A stretch of DNA of 64,000 nt from an uncultured virus (IMG/VR IMGVR_UViG_3300027996_000020) (IMGVR_UViG_3300027996_000020), one strand, 5' to 3'; shown: positions 1 to 10,452, numbered from the stretch's first letter. Made by a program: numbers and translations. Notes: generated by a model not told the origin, from the sequence alone.

Positions 1-53
1 CCTTTTTAAAATTAAAAATATTTGCCACGAATTGGTCTTGTTTTGCGTCTGAA

Positions 54-734
54 TTAAACATGAAAATGTTTCTCCTTGATTTTTGTTTTTTCGGCTTCCA
101 TTAGTTCTGGAAATTTTAAAGAAATTGAGTTATTATTAAGAAAATAGTCTGCGAAAGCGAAGGGTATATATTTTGGTGGCCATACTTTCATAATCCGGAT
201 CCAGTAATCGTAGTCCCAGCATAACTTAAAAGATTCATCATATGGCCCTATAGTGTCGTACACTTCTCGCGACCAAAAACAAGCCGGCTGAGGTATCATA
301 TTATTTTCTTTCATGTGATTTAAAGATGGGTTGGAAATATAATATGTAGGAACCAATTTGTTATGATTGTAATAATTAATTTTTCCAAAATACCATTTAG
401 ATCCGTCTATATTTTGAATCAATGTTTTTAAAGCTTCCGGAAGATATGTGTCATCATGAGCGAAAATTGTAATTAAATCGCCCGTACTACTACTCATGGC
501 TTGGTTACAGGCTTCAGCCAAAGAATTATCTATCGAATTAAAAATAATAATTCTGTCGTCTATTATATTTTTTTTAATTTTAACAAATTCTTTGAGAGAT
601 CCATTATGTTTAATAATTACTTCAAAATTTTTATAAGATTGAGAAATTATACTATCTAAACATATATTTAATTTTTCTAAATTACAATCTTTAATGGGAA
701 TTATGATTGATATTTTAAGCCTTTCTTCTGTCAT
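54..734 (-). CDS. glycosyltransferase family 2
   Basis: ISIIIP...CLDSIISQSYKNFEVII, HDD (DxD-like), QPACFW, DYDYWIR motifs. Confidence 0.85.
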   Translation of the reverse strand: MTEERLKISIIIPIKDCNLEKLNICLDSIISQSYKNFEVIIKHNGSLKEFVKIKKNIIDDRIIIFNSIDNSLAEACNQAMSSSTGDLITIFAHDDTYLPEALKTLIQNIDGSKWYFGKINYYNHNKLVPTYYISNPSLNHMKENNMIPQPACFWSREVYDTIGPYDESFKLCWDYDYWIRIMKVWPPKYIPFAFADYFLNNNSISLKFPELMEAEKTKIKEKHFHV

Positions 735-735
735 T

Positions 736-1347
736 TTATTTTGGTATCCATGATATATTTTTATTTAAAAAATAATAATCTTTTTCAAAAGTTTTCTTTA
801 TTAAATCTATTTGGCTAGCTGATAAAAACTTCCGACTTGTTTGGGGGCGCTGGGGGGTTGGGCTTTTATTTATTATTTTTAATGAAGAAGTATCTTCATT
901 AAAAATCTGGCGCCAATAATCATTTAAATATTTTAAATGTATAAATGTAATCTTTTTATTATGACCTAAATCATAATTAACAATAGGCTTTAAATGACCT
1001 CTTGCCCCATAATCCGGATCAAATTCACCTTTTTTGCTACAAACATCATTTACAAAAGAATTTAGATCATAATCCGAAATCCGGCTTAGATGATAATTAG
1101 CATTATAAAACGATTCAATTCTTTCGTGCATAAATCTAAAAAAAGCTATATATTCATGAGCTTTATTTTCTTTCTTCGATCGCGTGCCGCACTGATGTAT
1201 GTTTGAATGTATACTACAATTATTATGGTTAAAATCATGATTATGTCCGATAAAAATGCTCGTATTAGTACATAACTTTATTATTTGAGTACAACCACAC
1301 TTTGGAAAAGACATTATATTTTTATTCTTATAATTAAGTATATACAT
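736..1347 (-). CDS. sulfotransferase family 2-like protein
   Basis: FPKCGCT (5'-PSB-like), FFRFMHERIESFY (3'-PB-like R...S), C-terminal FEKDYYFL. Confidence 0.55.
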   Translation of the reverse strand: MYILNYKNKNIMSFPKCGCTQIIKLCTNTSIFIGHNHDFNHNNCSIHSNIHQCGTRSKKENKAHEYIAFFRFMHERIESFYNANYHLSRISDYDLNSFVNDVCSKKGEFDPDYGARGHLKPIVNYDLGHNKKITFIHLKYLNDYWRQIFNEDTSSLKIINKSPTPQRPQTSRKFLSASQIDLIKKTFEKDYYFLNKNISWIPK

Positions 1348-1382
1348 TAATCACTTATATTATATCCCACGCAACAAATTTT

Positions 1383-2075
1383 TTATTTAAAATCGCCATT
1401 CCTTATTTCTTTATGGTTTTTATCAAGTGCTAATATTTTTTTTTCAAAAGGCAAAGATGCTCTCTCGGGATAACAATATGAGGGACTCAATGCCAGTGTA
1501 GGAGTATTGTTCACAAAATATCTATTCATATGAGATTCATCGTGCCATATGGCGATTATATTGTTTTCCATATCAATACTAATATTTTTAGAAATAATTT
1601 CAGACATAGCTAAAAACACCTCGGCGGCTCCACCATTAAAACCCCCAGCATAATATATTACTCCTTCATTGGGCGAAATATAGGCTGTACTTTCCTTTCT
1701 GGTTTCGGGAGTTCCTCTCCCACCTCGATATCCAGGATGTATGGTTGCAACACTGTCTTCCAAAACTTCGTCACTCACACCCGACACAAAAAGCATATCA
1801 GCATCACAATAAAAAAGATAATCTTCCTTAGATAAAATTTCTCTATATTTACAAAATTCCGAATATCTTGAAAGAGTTGGGAACGGCCATGGTCTGTGTT
1901 CTTTATACAGACTTATCATGTTGTCTTTTTTTTGATTTAAGATATTTTGATCATCTGTGAAAACATAAAATGTTACTTGGTGATTATTTAAAAAATGTTT
2001 GTTAGCAGACTTAAGAAGCGGGGCCACAAATTTATTATATTTTCCCGTAGCTATTATAAGTAATCCTATTTTCAT
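1383..2075 (-). CDS. glycosyltransferase family 6 (ABO-like alpha-1,3-GalNAc/Gal transferase)
   Basis: IATGKY, VFTD, WPFPTLSRY, DADM, YYAGGFNGG, WHDESHMN, LDKNH; start moved to MKIGLL, which overlaps the upstream stop. Confidence 0.9.
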   Translation of the reverse strand: MKIGLLIIATGKYNKFVAPLLKSANKHFLNNHQVTFYVFTDDQNILNQKKDNMISLYKEHRPWPFPTLSRYSEFCKYREILSKEDYLFYCDADMLFVSGVSDEVLEDSVATIHPGYRGGRGTPETRKESTAYISPNEGVIYYAGGFNGGAAEVFLAMSEIISKNISIDMENNIIAIWHDESHMNRYFVNNTPTLALSPSYCYPERASLPFEKKILALDKNHKEIRNGDFK

Positions 2076-2845
2076 AATATTCTCCAGCCCTCGCAATATA
2101 AATCCCTCGTATCATGCTCGACCGAATCGCCAAACCACTTATGCGGGGCGATCACCCGTTTATTCTCGTTATTATTCAACCAAGCGCCCCACCAACTAAA
2201 ACTACTATTAGCTAATATAACATGTTTGCACAAAGAAATCAAGTAAAAATCTATATAATCTTCATTATTTTCTATAAAAACAAAGTTGTCTCCCTCAAAC
2301 GTTGTTTTACACCATTCGATATCATCACTAAAAATCAAAAAAACCGAATCTTTAGGGAAATGATCCATCGCGCGGCTGTAATATTCTAAAGAACATGGCG
2401 GGTGATAATTTGATAATCTCGTGTAATCTCCGCGACGAATATGAACTGCTACCGTATTTTTTTCTAAAATTTCGCCATATTTATTTTTGATAATCTGCAT
2501 GCTTTGCGGATCCGGAGCGAATAACTCGCGAATTTCTCTAGAGAATTTTTTAAAGTATTTCTCAGACTGGAAATACCCCATCAAACAAACGTCAGGTAAA
2601 TAGTTAATTTTCTCGTAACTAAATCTGGGTTCGTGATAAACATTTTTTATTGGCAAATTTGACGAAAAATTAAGATTTCTAAAAATATTGTTTAAATAAT
2701 TTTTGCACTTTCTTCCCTGGTTTGATAAAAAATGCTTTGACATATCAAATACATATTCATCATCATTCTCTAAAGCCAGAGATATGGCAGCACAAACCTG
2801 AAACATTTGATTTCCTAAGCCCCCTTGAAGAAATGCAGTCACCAT
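2072..2845 (-). CDS. alpha-1,2-fucosyltransferase, GT11
   Basis: GGLGNQMFQ, GYFQSEKYF, VHIRRGDY, FSDDIEWC, NSSFSWWGAWL. Confidence 0.92.
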   Translation of the reverse strand: MVTAFLQGGLGNQMFQVCAAISLALENDDEYVFDMSKHFLSNQGRKCKNYLNNIFRNLNFSSNLPIKNVYHEPRFSYEKINYLPDVCLMGYFQSEKYFKKFSREIRELFAPDPQSMQIIKNKYGEILEKNTVAVHIRRGDYTRLSNYHPPCSLEYYSRAMDHFPKDSVFLIFSDDIEWCKTTFEGDNFVFIENNEDYIDFYLISLCKHVILANSSFSWWGAWLNNNENKRVIAPHKWFGDSVEHDTRDLYCEGWRIL

Positions 2846-3591
2846 TATTCCTCCTCTATTAAATTATAAGGTTCTTTATTGCGAATTAAAGACTCAGAAT
2901 AAAGTTGTTTCCTGTGGTTAACTTTATGATCATTGATCGGGTTAGAGACATTATAAACATATAAGATATCATCGATATACTTATTTTTGTTGCCGGACAT
3001 CTCAAGCATAGGAAACATAAAAGCCAGATCCCACGCCATTTCATAAAAATTGTTATCTGAGTCTAAAAGATCTTCTTTTTTAATTCTTTTCCACAAGTCG
3101 TATTTAAAAGTTCTTAGGTGAGAGGCGCTCCACTGGTTTTTTCGATATGATCTCTCTTTTTCAATTGAAGCCGGGATTTCTCTAGAAAATTTTCCTTTTT
3201 TCCCCGATGGGTATTCCGCGTAACTTCCATATGTTAGGAGACATTTTTCTTCTTTATATACCCCATTCAATTTTTTTAATACTTCATTACTAGCTAACCA
3301 GTCATCGCCGTCGACTGTGACGATAACGTCCTCTTCAGATGGATTAGATAATTCAATTGCCTCGTATATATTTCTAAGAGCATATTTTTTTACTTCATTC
3401 TTTACAAAGACAAAGTTCTTACAACCCTCCAGTTCTTCTCTGATTATATTTGCGCTATTGTCTGTTGACATGTCGTCAACAATAATGCACTGGTAATTAT
3501 TATAATTTTGTCTCTTGACCGATCTAATACACGCTCTGACCCATTTTTCAACATTATAGAGTGGAATAATTATTTTAAAATGAGTATTCAT
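2845..3591 (-). CDS. glycosyltransferase family 2
   Basis: IIIPLYNVEKW, IVDDMSTDNS, VDGDDWL. Confidence 0.88.
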   Translation of the reverse strand: MNTHFKIIIPLYNVEKWVRACIRSVKRQNYNNYQCIIVDDMSTDNSANIIREELEGCKNFVFVKNEVKKYALRNIYEAIELSNPSEEDVIVTVDGDDWLASNEVLKKLNGVYKEEKCLLTYGSYAEYPSGKKGKFSREIPASIEKERSYRKNQWSASHLRTFKYDLWKRIKKEDLLDSDNNFYEMAWDLAFMFPMLEMSGNKNKYIDDILYVYNVSNPINDHKVNHRKQLYSESLIRNKEPYNLIEEE

Positions 3592-4435
3592 CTAATTTCT
3601 CCCAGAAAAAGTCAGCGTTTGAAGATAAATAATTAAACACCCCTTCCTTTGAGCCGCAAAACCATTCTTCATCTTTATGCAAAACATTTTCATTAATTTT
3701 TAGCTCACAATCAAGCATTTTAGCTTCAATTACAATTCTAGGACAGGTATCTTTATCTAAAGGAAGAAAAATCAAACCCTTAGACTTAGAAAGCTTCAAA
3801 AGTAATTCTGTGTATTGTATGCCCCAAACTAATTCGTATGACAAATTGTTGCTCTTTGCATGTTTTATGCACCCTTCTTTATTTTTTATCCAACTAGGGG
3901 AATTTAGTATAATCCATTTATCGTTTTTTGCCTCTTTCATGTTTCTTATTTTATTTAAGGTTCTAATATCGAAAATAGAACTTAATACAAAACTGTTTGG
4001 GCCCTTAAGGAAATTAAATTTGTTCTCATAAATTTCTTTCTGCTTTTCAGACATAAACCATAAAGATTCCGCATTTGAAAAAAATATTGATATCAGTTTT
4101 CCGTGATTATTCTCATGGCAATCGCAGTCACGGTGTTCTCTTAACCGATGCATTTCTGGGCTTCTAAATTTACAGAATTTTAGATCGTATTCCACAATAG
4201 AGTATTTAATATTTGATTTTACTATTTTTAAAATGTTATTATGATTAATCTGAGTAAAATTTCCAAAAATCCAAAATTTATTTTCATTTTCTGAAATGAA
4301 TGCATCGTCAATTTTTGAAGATTTTACTTTTGTAATATTTTCTTTATTTAGATTGATCAGCGCCTCGGTTGATAACTCTGCTCCCCCACAATAATCTTCT
4401 AGAAAATTGTCACATACGAAAAGGTATTTAACCAT
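3575..4435 (-). CDS. putative glycosyltransferase (GT-B/GT4-like, divergent)
   Basis: GGAE N-terminal motif, DTCPRIVIEAKML (EX7E-like); lies inside the GT cluster. Confidence 0.6.
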   Translation of the reverse strand: MVKYLFVCDNFLEDYCGGAELSTEALINLNKENITKVKSSKIDDAFISENENKFWIFGNFTQINHNNILKIVKSNIKYSIVEYDLKFCKFRSPEMHRLREHRDCDCHENNHGKLISIFFSNAESLWFMSEKQKEIYENKFNFLKGPNSFVLSSIFDIRTLNKIRNMKEAKNDKWIILNSPSWIKNKEGCIKHAKSNNLSYELVWGIQYTELLLKLSKSKGLIFLPLDKDTCPRIVIEAKMLDCELKINENVLHKDEEWFCGSKEGVFNYLSSNADFFWEKLDEYSF

Positions 4436-5687
4436 TTAGATTCCTAAATATATCCTCTATTTCCTCTGCCATGGCAGTACTCTCTTTGGAATAAATTACA
4501 TCACAGAAATCACTATATTTCTTTTCTTCCGTAAAATTCTCAATAAGATATTTTTTGAGTTTTGTTGCGTTTCTTTTGAATCTTGAGTACTCGCTGCGAA
4601 CTTCACGCAATCTGCGCTTAAAACTTGCTTCTCTCGGAAAAGCCCATTGAGAGTCGGCTTGGATAACATTTTCCCAAACAGCCTCTTTCTGAACATTTTG
4701 AAGATCATATTCGACAGATGCAAACATTGGTTTCTTTTTACCCTCTTTTCTCTTTTTATCTGCCATATAAAGAAAATCGCAGTGGCCTGACCATCCGGAG
4801 ACAATCACTGGTAATCCATTGTGGGCGGCCTCGAATAGAGGAAGACCAAAACCCTCTCCGTGAGTTGTTGAAATGAGCACTTTAACCTTTGGGTGCTGAT
4901 ATAATCCCGTCATCTCCTCTTCAGATAAATCTCCATGGATAAGATAAATTTTACACTTGCAGTCTCCATGTTGTTTTAAAATATTTTTTAAGCGAGTAGT
5001 TGTATGTTCTCTGTCAATAAGACAATTGTTCTTAATTGATATTTTTACAACAAGACCGACTTCTTGATCAAAATTTTCTTCAAGGAACCATTTGATTAGA
5101 TTGTCAAAGTTTTTTCTTGGACCCCACTGTGAAATTGCAAGATAATTAAAATCATAATCAAGCTTTAAATTTAGATTTTCTTTTTCAAAATGACGAACGG
5201 GATAATTGACGACCTCAATTGGAGTTTGACAATTTAAGTGAACAACCTGACCGGTTTGATTATTTGTTCCCTCATAATTTGTATTCTCAAAAACTCCTTT
5301 AGCATGATTTGAAACAACGATAATTTTATCCATTTCGTTAGCTTTTTGAAGCCAAACAGGAGCTACCTTTGTTGTTTCTATTCCGGCTGTATAGCCTATG
5401 TTGATCGGTGCCATCTTCTCCCATTCGTTTGGAATAGTTATTTGTAATGATATATCGAAGTGGCCGCCTTCTTGTCCAAAAACGTGAGTTTGTGCGATTC
5501 TTTTGTCTGTCCAGACACGTTCTTCGTTGTCAGAGCTTACCCATCCGGTTTGCCCCCAAGCTGTAGGAATTATATAAATATCGAAAATATCTTCCCTTGT
5601 TCTCAATGCTCTGATTGCGAACCTAGCCTGCTCTCCATAACCAGATTGTGATAAAACTGGTCCTCTTACTACAATTTTCTGTTTCAT
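4428..5687 (-). CDS. glycosyltransferase family 4
   Basis: SGYG, RKN, GEGFGLPLFEAAHNGLPVI. Confidence 0.88.
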   Translation of the reverse strand: MKQKIVVRGPVLSQSGYGEQARFAIRALRTREDIFDIYIIPTAWGQTGWVSSDNEERVWTDKRIAQTHVFGQEGGHFDISLQITIPNEWEKMAPINIGYTAGIETTKVAPVWLQKANEMDKIIVVSNHAKGVFENTNYEGTNNQTGQVVHLNCQTPIEVVNYPVRHFEKENLNLKLDYDFNYLAISQWGPRKNFDNLIKWFLEENFDQEVGLVVKISIKNNCLIDREHTTTRLKNILKQHGDCKCKIYLIHGDLSEEEMTGLYQHPKVKVLISTTHGEGFGLPLFEAAHNGLPVIVSGWSGHCDFLYMADKKRKEGKKKPMFASVEYDLQNVQKEAVWENVIQADSQWAFPREASFKRRLREVRSEYSRFKRNATKLKKYLIENFTEEKKYSDFCDVIYSKESTAMAEEIEDIFRNLNG

Positions 5688-6946
5688 GGTGTGATCTCCG
5701 AAAAAGCCCAAGACTTATAATGTTTTCTATTTTCCCAAGAACCATACTTTTTAATAACAGAATCCATCATTTTAATCCACTGTTTTTGATAATTTTCAAA
5801 ATTATAATTTGTAACAACATGTTGTCTTCCTTTTAATCCGAGGAGTTTTCTCTGGCCGGGCGTCATATTAAAAATGTCTCTCAGAGCCTGTATGAAGTCT
5901 TCCTTAGAAACCCTATCTTCGTAGATGTATGGAACCTGCTGAGAGCCTATGATGGCCTTTGAGGCCGGCTCAAGCCCTATTCCGAACCACTCTTTTCCGT
6001 CTGTGACTTGTTCCTGTAAACCGCCTGTCATATTGACAAGAATAGGAGTCTCACAAGCCAAGGATTCAAGAGTCGCCAATCCAAAACCTTCCGCATCCGA
6101 AATATTAATAGTACAATCTGCTATGTTGTACATCACAGCTAAAGCTTGTGGCGGGATTTTATTTTTTGAAATAAGAATTCGACCATCGTCGGCTTTGAGA
6201 TTATTAATTAAGATTTCTAGATCTTGGCCATTCGGATCTTTTGGATCTGTATGCATTATGAGGCGCACTTTTTCTGGGCCCACCTCTTCTGCGAATTCAT
6301 TAAACCAGTGAACTAGAGATCCACTCATTTTGCGTCGGGCATTTCTGTTATTCCAAAAGAATGTTACTTTTTTATCATCTTCGCCAAAGTGTTGTTTGCG
6401 ATGATTTGCGATATCGGCGGTAGAAAGACAGCAAAAAATGTCTGTATCAACAGCATGCGGAAGATAGTGGTTTTCTACATCTGGTGCCACTGTATTAACG
6501 ATATCATGAGTCACTTTTGAAATTGAAACAACAACATCTGTTGATTCATAAAATTTCTTGTTATAGTGAGGATATGGATAATTATCCCAAACATGATAAT
6601 AAACCATAGGAATATGAGTTCTTATTTCATTCTCAATCATCCACAGCCAACCATAAAAACGAGGGTCTGTCATAAACCAAAGCATATCTGGTTTTTCATT
6701 AAAGATCGCCGAACGAACCATTTCTGGTGTTCCGTATCCCTTAACTGGGTAGATGATCCAATCTTCTTCCCATCCCTCAATTTTTTGTGGCTTATAATCT
6801 TGATGTTTAACTGCCCCACCAAGACAAACAAATTTATATTTTCCTGTTTTCAGGAGAGTTTCAATAATATATTTTGTTTGAGTTCCTACTCCAGATGGAG
6901 CCATCGGGTGATCTGATATCACCAAAATCTTCTTCTTTTCTGTCAT
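5684..6946 (-). CDS. glycosyltransferase family 4
   Basis: SGVG, PHAVD, NARRK, AEGFGLATLESLACETPI. Confidence 0.9.
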   Translation of the reverse strand: MTEKKKILVISDHPMAPSGVGTQTKYIIETLLKTGKYKFVCLGGAVKHQDYKPQKIEGWEEDWIIYPVKGYGTPEMVRSAIFNEKPDMLWFMTDPRFYGWLWMIENEIRTHIPMVYYHVWDNYPYPHYNKKFYESTDVVVSISKVTHDIVNTVAPDVENHYLPHAVDTDIFCCLSTADIANHRKQHFGEDDKKVTFFWNNRNARRKMSGSLVHWFNEFAEEVGPEKVRLIMHTDPKDPNGQDLEILINNLKADDGRILISKNKIPPQALAVMYNIADCTINISDAEGFGLATLESLACETPILVNMTGGLQEQVTDGKEWFGIGLEPASKAIIGSQQVPYIYEDRVSKEDFIQALRDIFNMTPGQRKLLGLKGRQHVVTNYNFENYQKQWIKMMDSVIKKYGSWENRKHYKSWAFSEITP

Positions 6947-6954
6947 TTAAACCT

Positions 6955-7716
6955 CTATGGACATTCGGGAGATCTGCAAAATTCACATTTGCCGCACGAC
7001 CGTTTGTCCTTTATATAATTTTTTTTCTTTATGTTGAAAAGCGCCTTGTTTAAGAGACTAGTCGCGTTTTCCATTTTCTTATTTCCGCTTGTAACTCTAA
7101 AAATTTCAACTCTTGATTTCTTTGCCGTTCGTTTGAGAAGGGCAAAATGAGTCTCAATATCTTTTAAATCAATTCCGTGCTTTTTCGCAAAGAAAATTTT
7201 GTACAACGTTAGTTGATAAGTAACCATTGGGTCGGAGCGTCTTCGCATATCCCAACCCCAAGAGCAAGATTTCCAATCAATAATGTGATATTTCCCGTCA
7301 GGGGTTTTAACAACTGCGTCGATATATCCCTTAAAATTATATTCTTCATTATCAATCGGAACCATAAGTTGTTCTTCCGTTGAGATGACCTCATATCCGC
7401 TCTCGAAATATTCAGAGACGGCTGGCATAATTTCTGGTAATATTCCTAAGGCTTGAACAGCCATTTTTTCCGGATCTTCACGAAATTTAATGTCGCTATC
7501 TAATTCAGCCAAACATTCTTCGAATCGCTGAATAAAGTATTCTGGTGCTTCAAAAGATTCTTGGAGCAATTTTTTCTCTGCTACATCGTGGATGGCGGTT
7601 CCAAAAGCTGTATATTCATTTCCCCTAAATCCTTTAAGCTTATCGATATAGGTAAGCTTATGATAAAAGGGGCAGAAATTCCAGTTCTTTAATTCTGAAA
7701 ATGATATGTGGGACAA
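6955..7716 (-). CDS. PD-(D/E)XK Cas4/RecB-like exonuclease
   Basis: FCP, FGTAIH, GYIDAV, IIDWKS, QLTLY, C-terminal CxxCxxxxxxCP (Fe-S ligands). Confidence 0.85.
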   Translation of the reverse strand: MSHISFSELKNWNFCPFYHKLTYIDKLKGFRGNEYTAFGTAIHDVAEKKLLQESFEAPEYFIQRFEECLAELDSDIKFREDPEKMAVQALGILPEIMPAVSEYFESGYEVISTEEQLMVPIDNEEYNFKGYIDAVVKTPDGKYHIIDWKSCSWGWDMRRRSDPMVTYQLTLYKIFFAKKHGIDLKDIETHFALLKRTAKKSRVEIFRVTSGNKKMENATSLLNKALFNIKKKNYIKDKRSCGKCEFCRSPECP

Positions 7717-8085
7717 TTAATCCTCTTTTAATGGTAAAGTTTTTTCTTGTACTTCTATTATAACATCTTTTTCAGATTTGTCAAGTGTTTTTTTTGTCTT
7801 TTTTGTGGCACTGGTTCTTTTTTTGGGAGATGTAAGCTTTTTATCTTTATAATCTAAATTTACAAATTCCAAAGAAGTTTCTAATATTCCAAATTTATTA
7901 TCTACTTTACCCTCTTTTAGACACGGGCCCGGATTTAACCCATAATCCTTCTTTAAAATCTCTACAATAGACCACTTTGTTAATCTTATGCGCTTATTTT
8001 CTTTTCTCTTATAAAGATCCTCAACTGTAATCTTTATTATAATTTTACTGCCTTTACTGTCAACTTCCATATTCATCATAGTCAT
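7717..8085 (-). CDS. hypothetical protein
   Basis: ORF in a tightly packed gene run. Confidence 0.6.
   Translation of the reverse strand: MTMMNMEVDSKGSKIIIKITVEDLYKRKENKRIRLTKWSIVEILKKDYGLNPGPCLKEGKVDNKFGILETSLEFVNLDYKDKKLTSPKKRTSATKKTKKTLDKSEKDVIIEVQEKTLPLKED
7757..7784 (-). promoter_or_regulatory. sigma70-type promoter
   Basis: TTGACA-N16-TATAAT with TG extension, upstream of the Cas4-like gene. Confidence 0.6.
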
Positions 8086-8758
8086 GTAACTCCTGTATTT
8101 TCGTGTATAAAACCGGACATATTTGTCCTAAATATTGTGGATTATCTAAAAAATAATATTCGAATCCATTTGCAAAATATTCTTTCAATGATGTGGCACA
8201 ATATGCTGATGTAAATAAACTATAAGAAGCTGCGATTATATTTAAACGGTCATATCCCACAACTTTATATAAATAATCATCCATGGCCGTCGTAAAATCT
8301 AAATCCAAAAATAATTCTTTGTTAGGCTTGAGACCTTCTTTTTTTAATATTTTATATAATTTTTTACGTTTTGATAAAAATTCTTGTTCTAATTCGCCAT
8401 CGCCATAAATTAAATATCCAAAAGGAATTTCCAAAGAGTGAGCTATTTCGTGTACCATATCATCTAACAAATCTTGATCATCATCTTGCTCACTGGAAAC
8501 ATAAATAGCTCCATCCTTATATGCTGCGTTCGTTTCTTTTTCTTCAAAATCATCGAAGATACCAACGTAAATAGAGTCGATTTCAGTGGTCAAGTGTGGA
8601 GGAATAGAAATATTAATCTTATCTAATATATTTCTTATGTTAACTCCATTTGTTAAAGGATCTTTAATATAGACTTGCACACTTTCACTCACAATAAATT
8701 CTTTATTTTGCTCAATAGCCTTAGTGGCTGATGCTTTTAAGTAGTCTAATTTATACAT
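8060..8758 (-). CDS. putative zinc metallopeptidase (HExxH)
   Basis: VHEIAH and downstream EYFA third-ligand motif. Confidence 0.6.
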   Translation of the reverse strand: MYKLDYLKASATKAIEQNKEFIVSESVQVYIKDPLTNGVNIRNILDKINISIPPHLTTEIDSIYVGIFDDFEEKETNAAYKDGAIYVSSEQDDDQDLLDDMVHEIAHSLEIPFGYLIYGDGELEQEFLSKRKKLYKILKKEGLKPNKELFLDLDFTTAMDDYLYKVVGYDRLNIIAASYSLFTSAYCATSLKEYFANGFEYYFLDNPQYLGQICPVLYTKIQELHDYDEYGS

Positions 8759-9017
8759 TATTGTTTTTTGGAACTGGTGGCGTCATATCGTCCAATCCCT
8801 TGGTATATCCTCTTAAATAATTTTCTTCTGCAATTGCCAGCAATAATTCTGGGAATTCCGAGGCGATGGTTTCTATAATTATTTCTACAGTCACCTTATC
8901 ATCTTCTGGTTTTAATTTATTTCCAGCATAATTGACCAAAAATTCTTTTAATTCTCCATCAACTGTAATAATCTTCCTTAACAAGCCATTTTCATAATCA
9001 TTTTGATCAGTAGACAT
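8751..9017 (-). CDS. hypothetical protein
   Basis: ORF with AGGA SD and upstream promoter. Confidence 0.7.
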   Translation of the reverse strand: MSTDQNDYENGLLRKIITVDGELKEFLVNYAGNKLKPEDDKVTVEIIIETIASEFPELLLAIAEENYLRGYTKGLDDMTPPVPKNNNV

Positions 9018-9039
9018 TTGTTTATTCCTTTATAATACT

Positions 9040-9068
9040 ATTATAACCTTTATTCTCGCCCTTGTCAA
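9040..9068 (-). promoter_or_regulatory. sigma70-type promoter
   Basis: perfect TTGACA-N17-TATAAT. Confidence 0.75.
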
Positions 9069-9074
9069 GTAAAA

Positions 9075-10403
9075 TTATAAAATTTCTGCTGCTAATGTTG
9101 CAAGCCTAGATCTCTCTCCCTTTTTCAAGGTAATATGACCTGTAAGGGAAGTTCTTTTAAATTTTTCTACAGCATGCACCAGACCACTTGAGGTCTCATC
9201 CACATATACATTGTCGATTTGCTCGATGTCGCCGGTTAATACTAGTTTAGTTCCTTCGCCAACTCTTGTCATGATTGTTTTTATCTCGTGCATAGACAGG
9301 TTTTGAGCCTCGTCGATCACAATAAAGGCATTTGAGATTGATCTACCTCGAATATAGGTCAAAGCTTCAAGCTCTATAATCCCCTTGTCCATATAATCTT
9401 CTAAAGTAATTTTATCGTCCCCCATTAGATATTGGAGGTTGTCCTGTATTGGCATAAGCCATGGGCGCATTTTCTCTTCCATGGATCCGGGAAGAAATCC
9501 GATGTCTTTTCCCATAGGCTGCACAGGTCTGGATACTACCAGCTTTTTATAGAGAGGAATATTTTTTTCAAAAGGGTCTCTTAAAACTTGTGAAATGCCG
9601 GCGGCTATGGCCAATAATGTTTTTCCGCTGCCGGCCTTACCAACTAAACTAACAAAGGGGATATTTGGATCCAGAAGTAAATCAAGAGCGAATGCTTGCT
9701 CTTTATTCCTTGGGCTTACTCCCCATAGACCCTTTTGTCCGACGTGGTGAATCTCACGAAGGGGATTACCTCGCGCAATATATCTCGCCAGAGCCGTCTT
9801 TTTTTCGTTAGAAGACGAAACCAACATTACAAATTGATTTGGATTCATTCCTTTATCGCTTTCAAGATAAATATCTCCCCCTTCATAAAATTGATCGATT
9901 ATTTGGTCGTCAACTAGCTTGGTGACAAACCCATCATACAGGCTTGTATGATTTTCTATAACTTTATCTAGAGCATAGCCCTCAGATTGGACACCAACCG
10001 AATCACAGATAACTCTCATATTAATATCTCTGGATACTAAAATAACCTTTCTGGCAGGGATCTTTTTTGATTCAAATAGCGCTGTTGAAATTATTAAATT
10101 ATCCGCAACACTTGAGTCTAAATCTATTGGGAGGAGAGACGCATCACCATAATTTACTCGTAGAAAGCCCTTTCCTCTTCCCATTCTAACGCCTTTCTGG
10201 AGATTTCCCCTAACCCTTAGAGCATCAAATGTTCTAATAATTTTTCTTGCGTTGGCACCAACGGAATCTTGACGTTTTTTATGACCGTCAATTTCTTCTA
10301 ATACCTTCAAAGGAATAACAATATCGTTATTCTGATATTTCTGCAAGCATTTTGCATCCGTTAAGCAAACGCTTGTGTCTAGAACATATGTTTTTTTAGC
10401 CAT
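9075..10403 (-). CDS. phoH: PhoH-family ATPase with N-terminal PIN domain
   Basis: YVLDTS, VLEEID, DNLII, SRDINMR (PIN); GKAGSGKT, IGFLPG, RGRS, DEAQN, GDIEQID (PhoH). Confidence 0.95.
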   Translation of the reverse strand: MAKKTYVLDTSVCLTDAKCLQKYQNNDIVIPLKVLEEIDGHKKRQDSVGANARKIIRTFDALRVRGNLQKGVRMGRGKGFLRVNYGDASLLPIDLDSSVADNLIISTALFESKKIPARKVILVSRDINMRVICDSVGVQSEGYALDKVIENHTSLYDGFVTKLVDDQIIDQFYEGGDIYLESDKGMNPNQFVMLVSSSNEKKTALARYIARGNPLREIHHVGQKGLWGVSPRNKEQAFALDLLLDPNIPFVSLVGKAGSGKTLLAIAAGISQVLRDPFEKNIPLYKKLVVSRPVQPMGKDIGFLPGSMEEKMRPWLMPIQDNLQYLMGDDKITLEDYMDKGIIELEALTYIRGRSISNAFIVIDEAQNLSMHEIKTIMTRVGEGTKLVLTGDIEQIDNVYVDETSSGLVHAVEKFKRTSLTGHITLKKGERSRLATLAAEIL

Positions 10404-10452
10404 TTATAACCACTTTATATCCTTAATTAGTTTATTTTTGAAAAGAAAGCCG

